Below, in pieces: positions 1-8,339 of a stretch of DNA of 64,000 nucleotides; positions within the stretch are counted from its first letter, which is position 1, and every line of letters starts with the position of its first letter. The notes beneath the pieces were generated by a model. It made no database searches. It had not been told where the DNA came from and saw only the letters and a program-made list of their open reading frames with translations. Source of the stretch: Dehalococcoidia bacterium (GTDB taxonomy: Bacteria; Chloroflexota; Dehalococcoidia; Lucifugimonadales; UBA3495). Position numbers and translations under genes: made by a program. The stretch covers positions 387,388 to 451,387 of the forward strand of contig OZ247430.1 in assembly GCA_965232895.1 (NCBI GenBank), read 5' to 3'.

Positions 1-1
1 G

Positions 2-1639
2 AGCAAGATCTTCGGGATCGTGGGCTCGTCTTTCCTGGACGTTCTGGACCCGCTTTACGACCGCGACGACATGGAGTTCGTGGGGGTGCGGCACGAGCAG
101 GGCGCGGCGTTGATGGCGGACGGCTACAGCCGCATTGCCGGCGCCCCTTCCGTGTGCCTGGTGACCAACGGGCCGGGCGTGCTGAACCTGACCTACGGCA
201 TCGGGTCGGCCTACGTGGCCCACTCGCCGGTGGTGGTGCTGGCGCCCTCGGCGTCGCGGGACCATCAGCACCTGGATTCGACGCAGGAATTCGACCAGGT
301 AGCGCTGTTCGAGCCGATCACCAAGGCGAGCTTCTCCATCAACAAGATCGAACGTCTGCCGGACGCGCTGCGACAGGCGTTCCGGATCGCCACGTCGGGC
401 AAGATGGGACCGGTATTGGTGGACATTCCGCGTGACCTGCTGCCCGGCGCCGAGGTGGACATCGACCTGATGGCTCCGACCGCGTACCGCACCGGACAGG
501 GGCATTCGCGGGGAGACCGTGCGCAGGTGGAGGCGGCGGCTCAGGAGATACTGACGGCAAAGCGGCCGGTCATCGTAGCCGGCGGGGGCGTCGAATGGAG
601 CCTGGCGGACGCGGCCGTGGCAAGGCTATCTGAGCTGACGGGCGCGCCAATCGTAACCTCCTACGGGCGAGCGGACGCGGTGCCCAACGACCATCCCAAC
701 TACCTGGGTCACCTGGGTCGGCTGGGAGCGCAGGAAGCCATCGACGCCGTGCGCAATGCTGACGTGATCGTGGCGGCGGGAACCCGGCTGGGTCAGTCCA
801 CAACGTTCTTCGACCACCGATACGTACCCGCCGACGCGCGCATCGTGCACATTGAGATTGACCCCAAGGAGATCGGGCGCATTTACCCGATTTCGGTTGG
901 CGTCGAAGGCGACGTGGGCGCCGTGGTGGACGAGATCAACGGCATCGTGGCGGCGGCGGAACTCCGGCCGGACCCCGAATGGACGAGGCGAGTGGCCGGC
1001 TGGAACGCCGCGCGGGCCGCCCGCTTGCAAGATGAAGGAACGCTCACCGGCGATTACATCAAACCGCAGCGGGTGTACGCCGAGTTGCGGAAGGTTATGC
1101 CACGGGATGCAATCGTCGCGCTGGACGCTGGGCTGGCCCCGAACTTCGGTCAGGACCGGCTGAACTATTACCAGCCGCGCAGCCTGATTATGGCGTTGGA
1201 CCTGGGCGGGTTGGGGTTCAGCTTCCCGGCGTCGATTGGAGCGAACTTTGCGGCTCCGGAACGGCCGGTGGTGAACTTCAACGGCGACGGCGGGTTCCTC
1301 TTCAACGCGCAGGAGTTCGAGACGGCGGTGCGCTACGGATTGAAGAACATATCGGTCGTGATGAACAACGACTGCTGGGGATCGGAGAAGGCGTACCAGA
1401 AGTACGCGTTCAACGAGCGGTACGTGGGCGCCGACACGGTGAACCCCCGGTTCGACAAGTACGCGGAACTCTTCGGCGGCGTCGGATTTTATGTCGACCG
1501 GCCGGAGGACATCGCCGACGCCTTTGCGCAGGCGCTGGCGGTGGACGGGCCGAGCATCATCGAGATACCCACGGACCCGGACGAGATGCCCCGGCCGGCG
1601 CGGCTGGCCGAGGTGCAGTCTCCGAGCGCCGGCGGATAG
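2..1639 (+). CDS. Thiamine-diphosphate-dependent enzyme (acetolactate-synthase-like), 5' end outside window
   Basis: Frame stays open to position 2 (SKIFGIVGSSFLD...). TPP-binding motif GDGGF-x24-NN (NGDGGFLFNAQEFETAVRYGLKNISVVMNND). N-terminal Pyr-domain pattern GVRHEQGAALMADGY..TNGPG. Confidence 0.85.
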   Translation, partial: SKIFGIVGSSFLDVLDPLYDRDDMEFVGVRHEQGAALMADGYSRIAGAPSVCLVTNGPGVLNLTYGIGSAYVAHSPVVVLAPSASRDHQHLDSTQEFDQVALFEPITKASFSINKIERLPDALRQAFRIATSGKMGPVLVDIPRDLLPGAEVDIDLMAPTAYRTGQGHSRGDRAQVEAAAQEILTAKRPVIVAGGGVEWSLADAAVARLSELTGAPIVTSYGRADAVPNDHPNYLGHLGRLGAQEAIDAVRNADVIVAAGTRLGQSTTFFDHRYVPADARIVHIEIDPKEIGRIYPISVGVEGDVGAVVDEINGIVAAAELRPDPEWTRRVAGWNAARAARLQDEGTLTGDYIKPQRVYAELRKVMPRDAIVALDAGLAPNFGQDRLNYYQPRSLIMALDLGGLGFSFPASIGANFAAPERPVVNFNGDGGFLFNAQEFETAVRYGLKNISVVMNNDCWGSEKAYQKYAFNERYVGADTVNPRFDKYAELFGGVGFYVDRPEDIADAFAQALAVDGPSIIEIPTDPDEMPRPARLAEVQSPSAGG

Positions 1640-1644
1640 CAGTT

Positions 1645-1983
1645 ATGACTACTAACGAAATCATCAAGCCGACGGACGTTGACATCTCCGGCAGCTCCAT
1701 CATCATCAACTGGGACGACGGGCACCGCGGGATCTACTCACACCGCATGCTGCGGCTGCGTTGCCCCTGCGCATCGTGCGTGGAGGAGATGACGGGCCGG
1801 GCGCTGTTGAATCCGGACACCGTGCCCCAGGACGTTCGGGCGCTGGACCAGATGGCGGTGGGACAGTACGCGCTGCAGTTCCTGTGGAGCGATACTCACT
1901 ACACCGGCATCTACACCTACCGGGTCCTGCGGGCAGCCTGCACCTGCATTCCGTGCAACGAGGCCAGGGCCAGGCAACCCTAA
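1645..1983 (+). CDS. DUF971-type small protein (gamma-butyrobetaine hydroxylase N-terminal-like)
   Basis: 112 aa. Pattern IINWDDGHRGIYSHRMLRLRCPCASC plus LQFLWSDTHYTGIYTYRVLRAAC. Starts 5 nt after the upstream gene. Confidence 0.6.
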   Translation: MTTNEIIKPTDVDISGSSIIINWDDGHRGIYSHRMLRLRCPCASCVEEMTGRALLNPDTVPQDVRALDQMAVGQYALQFLWSDTHYTGIYTYRVLRAACTCIPCNEARARQP

Positions 1984-2237
1984 CCGGCAGGCTGACCAGC
2001 GTCGGGTTGCTGCGTTTCCCCAACCGCTTCGGAACGATTGCCGCGGAAGGTCTGTCCGGGACGGTTCCTCAGTTTGGGCGCGGTGAACGTGTCGGACTTG
2101 AACGAGAAATTGGAGATCTGACGGCTGGCGGGTTTCCCGCACGCTTTGCAATCGATGGGGTCGTCGGCGCGGGAAACTGGCCGGATTGACTCGAACTCAT
2201 TGCCGCACGCGGGGCACCGGTACTCGTAGATTGGCAT
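1980..2237 (-). CDS. FmdB-family zinc-ribbon protein
   Basis: MPIYEYRCPACG...IDCKACG gives two CxxC pairs. AGGAGG lies 5 nt upstream of ATG 2237. The table ORF begins 2 codons earlier, at a GTG inside the SD. Confidence 0.7.
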   Translation of the reverse strand: MPIYEYRCPACGNEFESIRPVSRADDPIDCKACGKPASRQISNFSFKSDTFTAPKLRNRPGQTFRGNRSEAVGETQQPDAGQPAG

Positions 2238-2300
2238 AGACACCTCCTATCCAGAATTATATCCTAACGCAATTTTGCGTCGGAAATTGAGGACGAAATC

Positions 2301-3431
2301 ATGAGCGACCAAACAGCGGACGTAGTCGTCATCGGCGGAGGAGCGGCGGGTTGCGCGGCCGCCTACTACCTGGCGGCCAACGGGGTGAAAGCCACCATCA
2401 TCGAACGGGAGGGCGTGGCCAGCCACGCTTCGGGATACAACGCCGGCGGGCTCAATCCTTTGGAAGGGCACGGTTGGCCGGATCCTCTTATGCCGATGGC
2501 CCTGCAATCCTTTGCGCTGCACAAGGAATTGTGGGCCGCTCTGCCGGCGGAGACGGGCATCGACTACAACGGCCGGATCATGTCAATCCTCAAGGTCGCC
2601 CTGGACCCCGAGGACCTGGACGACCTGCGGGCTACATTGGAAACCTTCAACAGCGCGCCGGAACCGGGGTTCTCTGCGGAGTGGCTGGAGCGTGAGGACG
2701 TGCTGGCCCTGGAACCGCGCATCACCCCCGAGGTCATCGCCGGGATCAGGGCGGTGGGCAACGGGGCATTGGACGGGCTGGAGTTCACCCAGGCGCTGGC
2801 CGCGGGGGCAGAGAAACTGGGCGCGACGGTGGTGGCCGGCAGCGCGGTGGGGTTCCGTTTGGGCAACGGCAAGGTGGAGGCGGTGGTAACCAACGACGGC
2901 GAAATCTCCTGTGGCGCGGTGCTGATCGCGGCCGGTCCGTGGTGCCGTACCGCCGAGCAATGGCTGGACATCGCGATACCGGTCGACCCGCTGAAAGGGC
3001 AGATCATCCGCGTACGGCCGGACGGCCCCGGCTTGGACTACGAGTTGATCGGTGGCGGCAGTTCGATGTACGCGAAGCCCGACGGGCTGATCTGGTGCGG
3101 GGCGACCGAAGAGGAAGTGGGTTTCGATCTGTCACTAACCGACGAGGCGAGGAACGACATCATGCGCCGGGCGACTCGGTTGATGCCGGCTCTGAGCAGC
3201 GCGGAACAAGTGCTGCACACAGCGTGCCTGCGGCCGGTTACGCCGGACTGGCTGCCCATCGTGGGACAGGCCCCGGGTTGGGACAACGTGTACATCTGCG
3301 CCGGCGGGCAGAAGAAGGGCATCCTGCTGGGGCCAGCTATGGGGAAGGGAATTGCAGAGATAGTGGCGTCAGGAAACACCCGGATCAGCCTGGAAGGATG
3401 TGATCCAGGACGTTTTGGCAGCGCCCAATAA
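2301..3431 (+). CDS. FAD-dependent oxidoreductase (DAO / glycine-sarcosine oxidase-like)
   Basis: N-terminal dinucleotide-binding fold VVVIGGGAAGCAAAYYLA. 376 aa, a length typical of the DAO family. Confidence 0.8.
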   Translation: MSDQTADVVVIGGGAAGCAAAYYLAANGVKATIIEREGVASHASGYNAGGLNPLEGHGWPDPLMPMALQSFALHKELWAALPAETGIDYNGRIMSILKVALDPEDLDDLRATLETFNSAPEPGFSAEWLEREDVLALEPRITPEVIAGIRAVGNGALDGLEFTQALAAGAEKLGATVVAGSAVGFRLGNGKVEAVVTNDGEISCGAVLIAAGPWCRTAEQWLDIAIPVDPLKGQIIRVRPDGPGLDYELIGGGSSMYAKPDGLIWCGATEEEVGFDLSLTDEARNDIMRRATRLMPALSSAEQVLHTACLRPVTPDWLPIVGQAPGWDNVYICAGGQKKGILLGPAMGKGIAEIVASGNTRISLEGCDPGRFGSAQ

Positions 3432-3457
3432 CCGCCACGACGCCTTCGGCCAGAGTC

Positions 3458-3955
3458 ATGAGACGACCTGACAACGAACGGGATCGTTGGGAAGAACGCA
3501 CCGGCATTCTCAACATACCCACCAGACTGATCCGGTGGTTTTCCGGCATCTTCACCACGGTTTGGCTTATACTTACTGGCATAAGCAGCTACAACAGTTT
3601 CAGCGCCCACAGCGGCGAAAGTTGGGACGCGCAGACCGTTGGGATAATCGCAGCCGGCGCACCTACTATCAGCTTTGCCCTACCCGCGGCGTACATCTTG
3701 ACCGAGGTGATTGACATGGTGTTTGGGACATGGTACCGGCAGCGGACTCGTCAACGAGCCCAGGAAGAGGGGATGCAGGAAGGGCTGGAAAAAGGTCTGG
3801 AGAAAGGACGGCAGGAAGGGCGAACAGAGGGGCGGCAAGAACAGCAAGAACGCTGGCTTGAATGGCTTGACCGGCGGCGGTACGCCGAGGCAGACGGCCT
3901 GCCCTTCGACGAGCCACCCCCCAGCCTGAACGGAGAGAACCCAACCGAGGAGTAG
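3458..3955 (+). CDS. Hypothetical membrane protein with charged EG-repeat C-terminal tail
   Basis: Two hydrophobic segments (IFTTVWLILTGI, GIIAAGAPTISFALPAAYIL), then EEGMQEGLEKGLEKGRQEGRTEGRQEQQERW and PFDEPPP. No family recognised. Confidence 0.45.
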   Translation: MRRPDNERDRWEERTGILNIPTRLIRWFSGIFTTVWLILTGISSYNSFSAHSGESWDAQTVGIIAAGAPTISFALPAAYILTEVIDMVFGTWYRQRTRQRAQEEGMQEGLEKGLEKGRQEGRTEGRQEQQERWLEWLDRRRYAEADGLPFDEPPPSLNGENPTEE

Positions 3956-3959
3956 ATCA

Positions 3960-6242
3960 ATGACTACCAACGGCACTGCAGGCGCTTTGCGAGACATCCA
4001 CGTGGTGGAATTCGGGCAGTACGTGCCCGGGCCGATGCTTGGGATGCTGCTGGCCGATCAGGGCGCGCACGTGATCAAGATCGAGCGGCCGGGCGGAGAT
4101 CCCGCGCGGTCGGTGCCGGCATTCGCCACGTGGAACCGTGGCAAACGATCGGTGACGCTGGATCTGAAGACCGACACCGGGCGGCAATACGCGCGACGGC
4201 TGGTCGCCAATGCCGACGTGGTCATCGAAAATTTCCGTCCCGGCGTAGCCGACCGGCTGGGGATCGGCTACGAAAGTTTGTCGGCGGACAACCAACGCCT
4301 GATCTATTGCTCGCTGCCCGGCTATGGCGAGGAACACCCGAGCCGGAATGAGCCGGGCTGGGATCCGGTCATCAGCGCGGAGACGGGTTTCTACCCCGAA
4401 ACGTCAGAGAGCGACGGGGAGCCGCTGTTCACGCCACTGCCCATTGCCAGCACCTTTTCGGCGTTGCTGGGGTCGGTGTCCGTCGCCATGGCAATCAACG
4501 CTCGGGACAAGTCGGGCAAGGGGCAGCGGATTGAAGTGCCCCTGCACTCCGCGATGTTCACGGCGATGGGCAGCCGTATCATCAAGTTCAACAGCTACGA
4601 GTACGTTGACCTGTTCGACTTTCCGCGCACGGTGATGTCCCATCCCTATCAGTGCGCCGACGGCCGGTGGGTGTACCACCACGGCATGTTTGAGCGGTTC
4701 GCGCGGCAAACGCTGACGGCGGCCGGCAAGACCGAGTGGATCGAAGAGGCCACGTCACTGTTCGGCCGGCCGGTGGACGCGGACACTCTGGCTTTCTGGC
4801 AGGACCGGTTCGCGGAGATGTTCAAGGAACGCACGGCGTGGCAGTGGGAGGCCGACATCAACGCCCAGGGTGGGGCATGCACAGTGTGCAAGACCGTGGA
4901 CGAGTGGCTGGTTCACGAGCACGCCGTTGACGCGAAGATGGTAGCCGAGGTGGAGGACGCCGAGCACGGCATGATGAAGCAGCCGGGCGTGCAGGTGCGG
5001 CTCCGCGGAACTCCTGGCGCGATACAGGGTCGCGCGCCCAAGCTGGGCGAGCACACCGATGAGGTTCTGGCGGAACTGGAGCGCGCGCCGGCGCGGGCGG
5101 TCGCCAGCAACGGACACGGTGACGTGATGTCCGCGCTGCAGGGGGTGCGCGTACTGGACCTCTGCATCATCCTGGCGGGGCCGACGTGCGGACGCACCCT
5201 GGGCGAATTCGGGGCGGACGTGATCAAGATCGACGATCCCACGCGCATCCTGGACCCGATTGGCTACATCGACGTCAACCGGGGCAAGCGCAGCATCATG
5301 CTGAACCTGAAGACCGACGAGGGTCGTGAGGTTTTCTGGAAGCTGGTCGAATCGGCCGACGTGATCGTGGAGAACAACCGCAAGTCGGCGGTGCAACGGC
5401 TGGGCCTCGGATACGAGGAAGTCAAGAAGGTCAAGCCGGACATCGTTTACGCTTCCCTGAACGCCTTCGGATACGATGGGCCCTGGTCGGAGCGGGCCGG
5501 ATGGGAGCAGCTGGCGCAGGGCACCAGCGGGATGCAGGTGCGGCGCGGCGGACGGGACGGCAAGCCGATGCTGGCTCCCTACGCGGTGAATGACTACGGC
5601 ACCGGCCTCATGGGAGCCTACGCCGTGGCCCTGGCCTTGCACGAAAGGAACCGGACCGGCAAGGGCCAGTCGGTGGACAGCGGGTTGGCGCTGACTGCGG
5701 GGATTTTACAGTCGCCGTACTTCCTGGACTACGAGGGATACCAACGCGAGGACATCGAGGGAGTCGAAGCTCGCGGTTACTCGGCCCGTTCGCAGCTGTA
5801 CCAGGCCGCCGACGGGTGGCTGTATATCCACTGCCCTGACACCGCCGCATACGGATCGATGCTGTCCGCCCTGAACTTCCGGGACATCCACGAGGACAGC
5901 GCAGCAATCGCCGACGTGATCCGCGGCAACACCATCGAGCACTGGATGCAGGAGTTGCGTCCGCTGGGCGTGTCGGTCAGCCCGAACCTGACGATGGAGG
6001 ACTACCGCCACGACCTGGTGGTGCGAAACGCGGGTTTTGTCGTGACCCGGGACCACACGGTGTGGGGCAGCGTGGACCACTCGGGCACCACGACGCGGCT
6101 GTCGGCAACGCCGCCGCGGCTCGGGCCGCCGGCTCCGTGGTTCGGCATGCACACCGACGAGATCCTAGCGGAAGCGGGATACTCGGCAGCCGAGATTGAG
6201 GCGCTGAAAGCCTCGGGAGCGGCGGTGACGCGCAGCGCGTAA
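3960..6242 (+). CDS. Family III (CaiB/BaiF) CoA-transferase with two tandem transferase domains
   Basis: The N-terminal signature occurs twice: IHVVEFGQYVPGPMLGMLLADQGAHVIKIERPGGDP and VRVLDLCIILAGPTCGRTLGEFGADVIKIDDP. Each copy is followed by NRGKRS and ENFRPG/ENNRKS motifs. Confidence 0.85.
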   Translation: MTTNGTAGALRDIHVVEFGQYVPGPMLGMLLADQGAHVIKIERPGGDPARSVPAFATWNRGKRSVTLDLKTDTGRQYARRLVANADVVIENFRPGVADRLGIGYESLSADNQRLIYCSLPGYGEEHPSRNEPGWDPVISAETGFYPETSESDGEPLFTPLPIASTFSALLGSVSVAMAINARDKSGKGQRIEVPLHSAMFTAMGSRIIKFNSYEYVDLFDFPRTVMSHPYQCADGRWVYHHGMFERFARQTLTAAGKTEWIEEATSLFGRPVDADTLAFWQDRFAEMFKERTAWQWEADINAQGGACTVCKTVDEWLVHEHAVDAKMVAEVEDAEHGMMKQPGVQVRLRGTPGAIQGRAPKLGEHTDEVLAELERAPARAVASNGHGDVMSALQGVRVLDLCIILAGPTCGRTLGEFGADVIKIDDPTRILDPIGYIDVNRGKRSIMLNLKTDEGREVFWKLVESADVIVENNRKSAVQRLGLGYEEVKKVKPDIVYASLNAFGYDGPWSERAGWEQLAQGTSGMQVRRGGRDGKPMLAPYAVNDYGTGLMGAYAVALALHERNRTGKGQSVDSGLALTAGILQSPYFLDYEGYQREDIEGVEARGYSARSQLYQAADGWLYIHCPDTAAYGSMLSALNFRDIHEDSAAIADVIRGNTIEHWMQELRPLGVSVSPNLTMEDYRHDLVVRNAGFVVTRDHTVWGSVDHSGTTTRLSATPPRLGPPAPWFGMHTDEILAEAGYSAAEIEALKASGAAVTRSA

Positions 6243-6267
6243 GAAGCTCGTACATACCTTGAAAGAC

Positions 6268-6310
6268 GGTAGGGGTGAATGATCATTCGCCCCATAGGCA
6301 TCAAGTTAAG
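6268..6310. repeat. Left terminal inverted repeat of the IS4-like element, containing an internal palindrome
   Basis: ggtaggggtgaatgatcattcgccccataggcatcaagttaag. It matches the reverse complement of 7679-7722 with one mismatch and one 1-nt indel. Confidence 0.85.
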
Positions 6311-6366
6311 GGAAGCTGCCGGTAAGATGGTGATTGCATTCCAATCAATCGCCACCGGAGCTTCCC

Positions 6367-7683
6367 ATGAGCAGTGTACCAGAAGTTGCCCAGGCCATGA
6401 GCCGGGTTCTCACCGGAGTGGCCCAGCAGGCCGCCGCCGAGACGGGGCTGGTGCAACGGCGTTCCAAACTCACCGGTCCCGGCTTGGTGCAGACCCTGGT
6501 TTTCGGTTGGCTGGCCGACCCGGACGCCAGCCTCAGTTCGCTGACCCAGATGGCGGCCACGCTGGGGGTGACCATCAGTCCCCAGGGCCTGTTCCAGCGG
6601 TTCACGCCCCAAGGGGCGGAATGTCTGTACCGAGTTTTGCAAGAGGCTTTGGGTCAAGTTATTGACGCCGAACCGGTGGCGATTCCGCTACTGCGGCGCT
6701 TCACCGCCGTGTTGATCCAGGACAGCTCGGTCATCATGCTGCCCGACGGACTGAGCGAGGTCTGGGCCGGTTGCGGCGGCAGCGGTTCCTATGGACAGTC
6801 AGCCCTGAAACTACAGGTCCGGCTGGATTTGACCACTGGACTGATGCTGGGGCCTTTTCTGACTGATGGGCGAACCCCGGACAGCAATTCTGCGGTGCAG
6901 ACGGCGCCGGTCCCAGCTGGCGCGCTGCGCATTGCCGACTTGGGGTATTACCGACTGGATACCTTCCGGGAATTGGCGGCGCAAGGGGGCTATTTCCTGT
7001 CTCGGTACAAAGCCGGAACCAAACTCTACCGGCATGATGGCGCGGAACTGGACCTGCGGAAGCTGCTGTCCACTCCGTCGGCAACCGGCATTGACCGGCC
7101 GGTATTGCTGGGGCGCGCCCACCGCTTGCCTGTCCGCCTGCTGGCCGTCAAAGCGCCCCCAGAAGTGAGCGCCCAGCGGCGGCGGCAACTCAAAGACCAC
7201 GCCCGCAAGAAAGGTCAGCAGCCCAGCAAAACCCGGTTGGCCTTATGCGACTGGACCATCTACGTTACCAACGCGCTCCCATCCCAGATCAGCCGAGATG
7301 AGGCAATGGTATTGGCGCGGGCGCGCTGGCAGATTGAACTGCTTTTCAAACTGTGGAAGCAACACGGAGGCATTGACCGCTGGCGCTCCGCCAATCCCTG
7401 GCGGATCCTCTGTGAGGTCTATGCCAAACTGACCGCCATGGTCATCCTGCACTGGACTTTGCTGACTGCGGTCTGGATGTACCCGGACCGAAGCCTGGTC
7501 AAGGCCGCCGCCGCCGTCCGTCGCTACGCCGTAATGCTGGCTACTGCCATGACCGGACTACTTACGGCAACCATGGTCATCGAGCAGATTGGCTTATGCC
7601 TGCGCGCCGGGTGTAAAATCCAGCGGCGTCGTCAACGCCCCGGGTCATATCAACTACTACTCGCCCTAACCGACGACGCTTAA
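6367..7683 (+). CDS. DDE transposase (IS4-family-like)
   Basis: C-terminal pattern ARWQIELLFKLWKQHGGIDRW (Y/RW-x-IE-x-FK type) and an acidic motif IADLGYY. Start taken at ATG 6367 (MSSVPE); the table ORF starts at 6334. Confidence 0.85.
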   Translation: MSSVPEVAQAMSRVLTGVAQQAAAETGLVQRRSKLTGPGLVQTLVFGWLADPDASLSSLTQMAATLGVTISPQGLFQRFTPQGAECLYRVLQEALGQVIDAEPVAIPLLRRFTAVLIQDSSVIMLPDGLSEVWAGCGGSGSYGQSALKLQVRLDLTTGLMLGPFLTDGRTPDSNSAVQTAPVPAGALRIADLGYYRLDTFRELAAQGGYFLSRYKAGTKLYRHDGAELDLRKLLSTPSATGIDRPVLLGRAHRLPVRLLAVKAPPEVSAQRRRQLKDHARKKGQQPSKTRLALCDWTIYVTNALPSQISRDEAMVLARARWQIELLFKLWKQHGGIDRWRSANPWRILCEVYAKLTAMVILHWTLLTAVWMYPDRSLVKAAAAVRRYAVMLATAMTGLLTATMVIEQIGLCLRAGCKIQRRRQRPGSYQLLLALTDDA

Positions 7684-7722
7684 CTTGATGCCTATGGGGG
7701 CGAATGATCATTCGCCCCTACC
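7679..7722. repeat. Right terminal inverted repeat of the IS4-like element
   Basis: cttaacttgatgcctatgggggcgaatgatcattcgcccctacc. Confidence 0.85.
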
Positions 7723-7750
7723 TGCATTGACCACAGGATATAGTTCCGGG

Positions 7751-8317
7751 ATGCCGTTCACACCGTTTCACATGGGGCCGGCGCTAGCCGCAAAGGCCGT
7801 TCTGGGTCGCCACTTCAGCATTCCGATTTATGGATTCACCCAGGTGGCGATAGATAGCGAGGTACTTGCGGCATATCCATTTCGCAGAGACTTGGCGTTC
7901 CACAGGGTAATGCACACGTTTGCGGGCGCGACCGCAGCGGCCGCGCTCACGCTGCTTTTGCGTCCGGCGATAGCGCGAGGCATGAATTGGTGGAACCGGT
8001 CGACCAAGGCCACGCCCGGCAGCCCATGGCACATGGAGCCGCGAGTGTCGCCAATGGCGGCGACGCTGTCGGCCTTCGGCGGAGCCTGGGGTCACGTCTT
8101 GCTGGACGCGCCCACGCACTCGCACATGAAACCATTGGTCCCGATTGCCAGCGAAAACCCATTGAACGGCATGGCCTCACAACGGGAGATAATCGGCTGG
8201 TGCGTTGGGTTGGCTGTGGTCGGGGGCAGCGCGATGCTGGCGCGTTCGTATCTCAAGGGTTCGCGCAACGCTGGCAAAGGGCCGTACTGTCGTGGCGCAG
8301 GACGATCAGCGCGGTGA
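7751..8317 (+). CDS. Hypothetical membrane protein, possibly a DUF4184-like metal-dependent hydrolase
   Basis: Begins MPFTPFHMGPALA, with later His clusters (HRVMHTF, GHVLLDAPTHSHM). The table ORF start (7685) lies inside the IS right IR, so ATG 7751 is used. Confidence 0.4.
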   Translation: MPFTPFHMGPALAAKAVLGRHFSIPIYGFTQVAIDSEVLAAYPFRRDLAFHRVMHTFAGATAAAALTLLLRPAIARGMNWWNRSTKATPGSPWHMEPRVSPMAATLSAFGGAWGHVLLDAPTHSHMKPLVPIASENPLNGMASQREIIGWCVGLAVVGGSAMLARSYLKGSRNAGKGPYCRGAGRSAR

Positions 8318-8339
8318 GGCGAGCGAAGCGCAGTTGACC

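Larger units (their letters stand above)
6268..7722 (+). mobile_element. IS4-family-like insertion sequence
   Basis: About 43-bp near-perfect terminal inverted repeats (6268-6310 vs 7679-7722) bracket a single DDE transposase ORF. I found no direct target duplication (flanks cttgaaagac / tgcattgacc). Confidence 0.85.

Noticed and set aside
7685-7750. N-terminal extension of the 7685-8317 ORF (MMPMGANDHSPLP...)
   Set aside because: This part is translated from the IS right inverted repeat, so it is an artefact of the insertion. ATG 7751 gives a sensible N-terminus.
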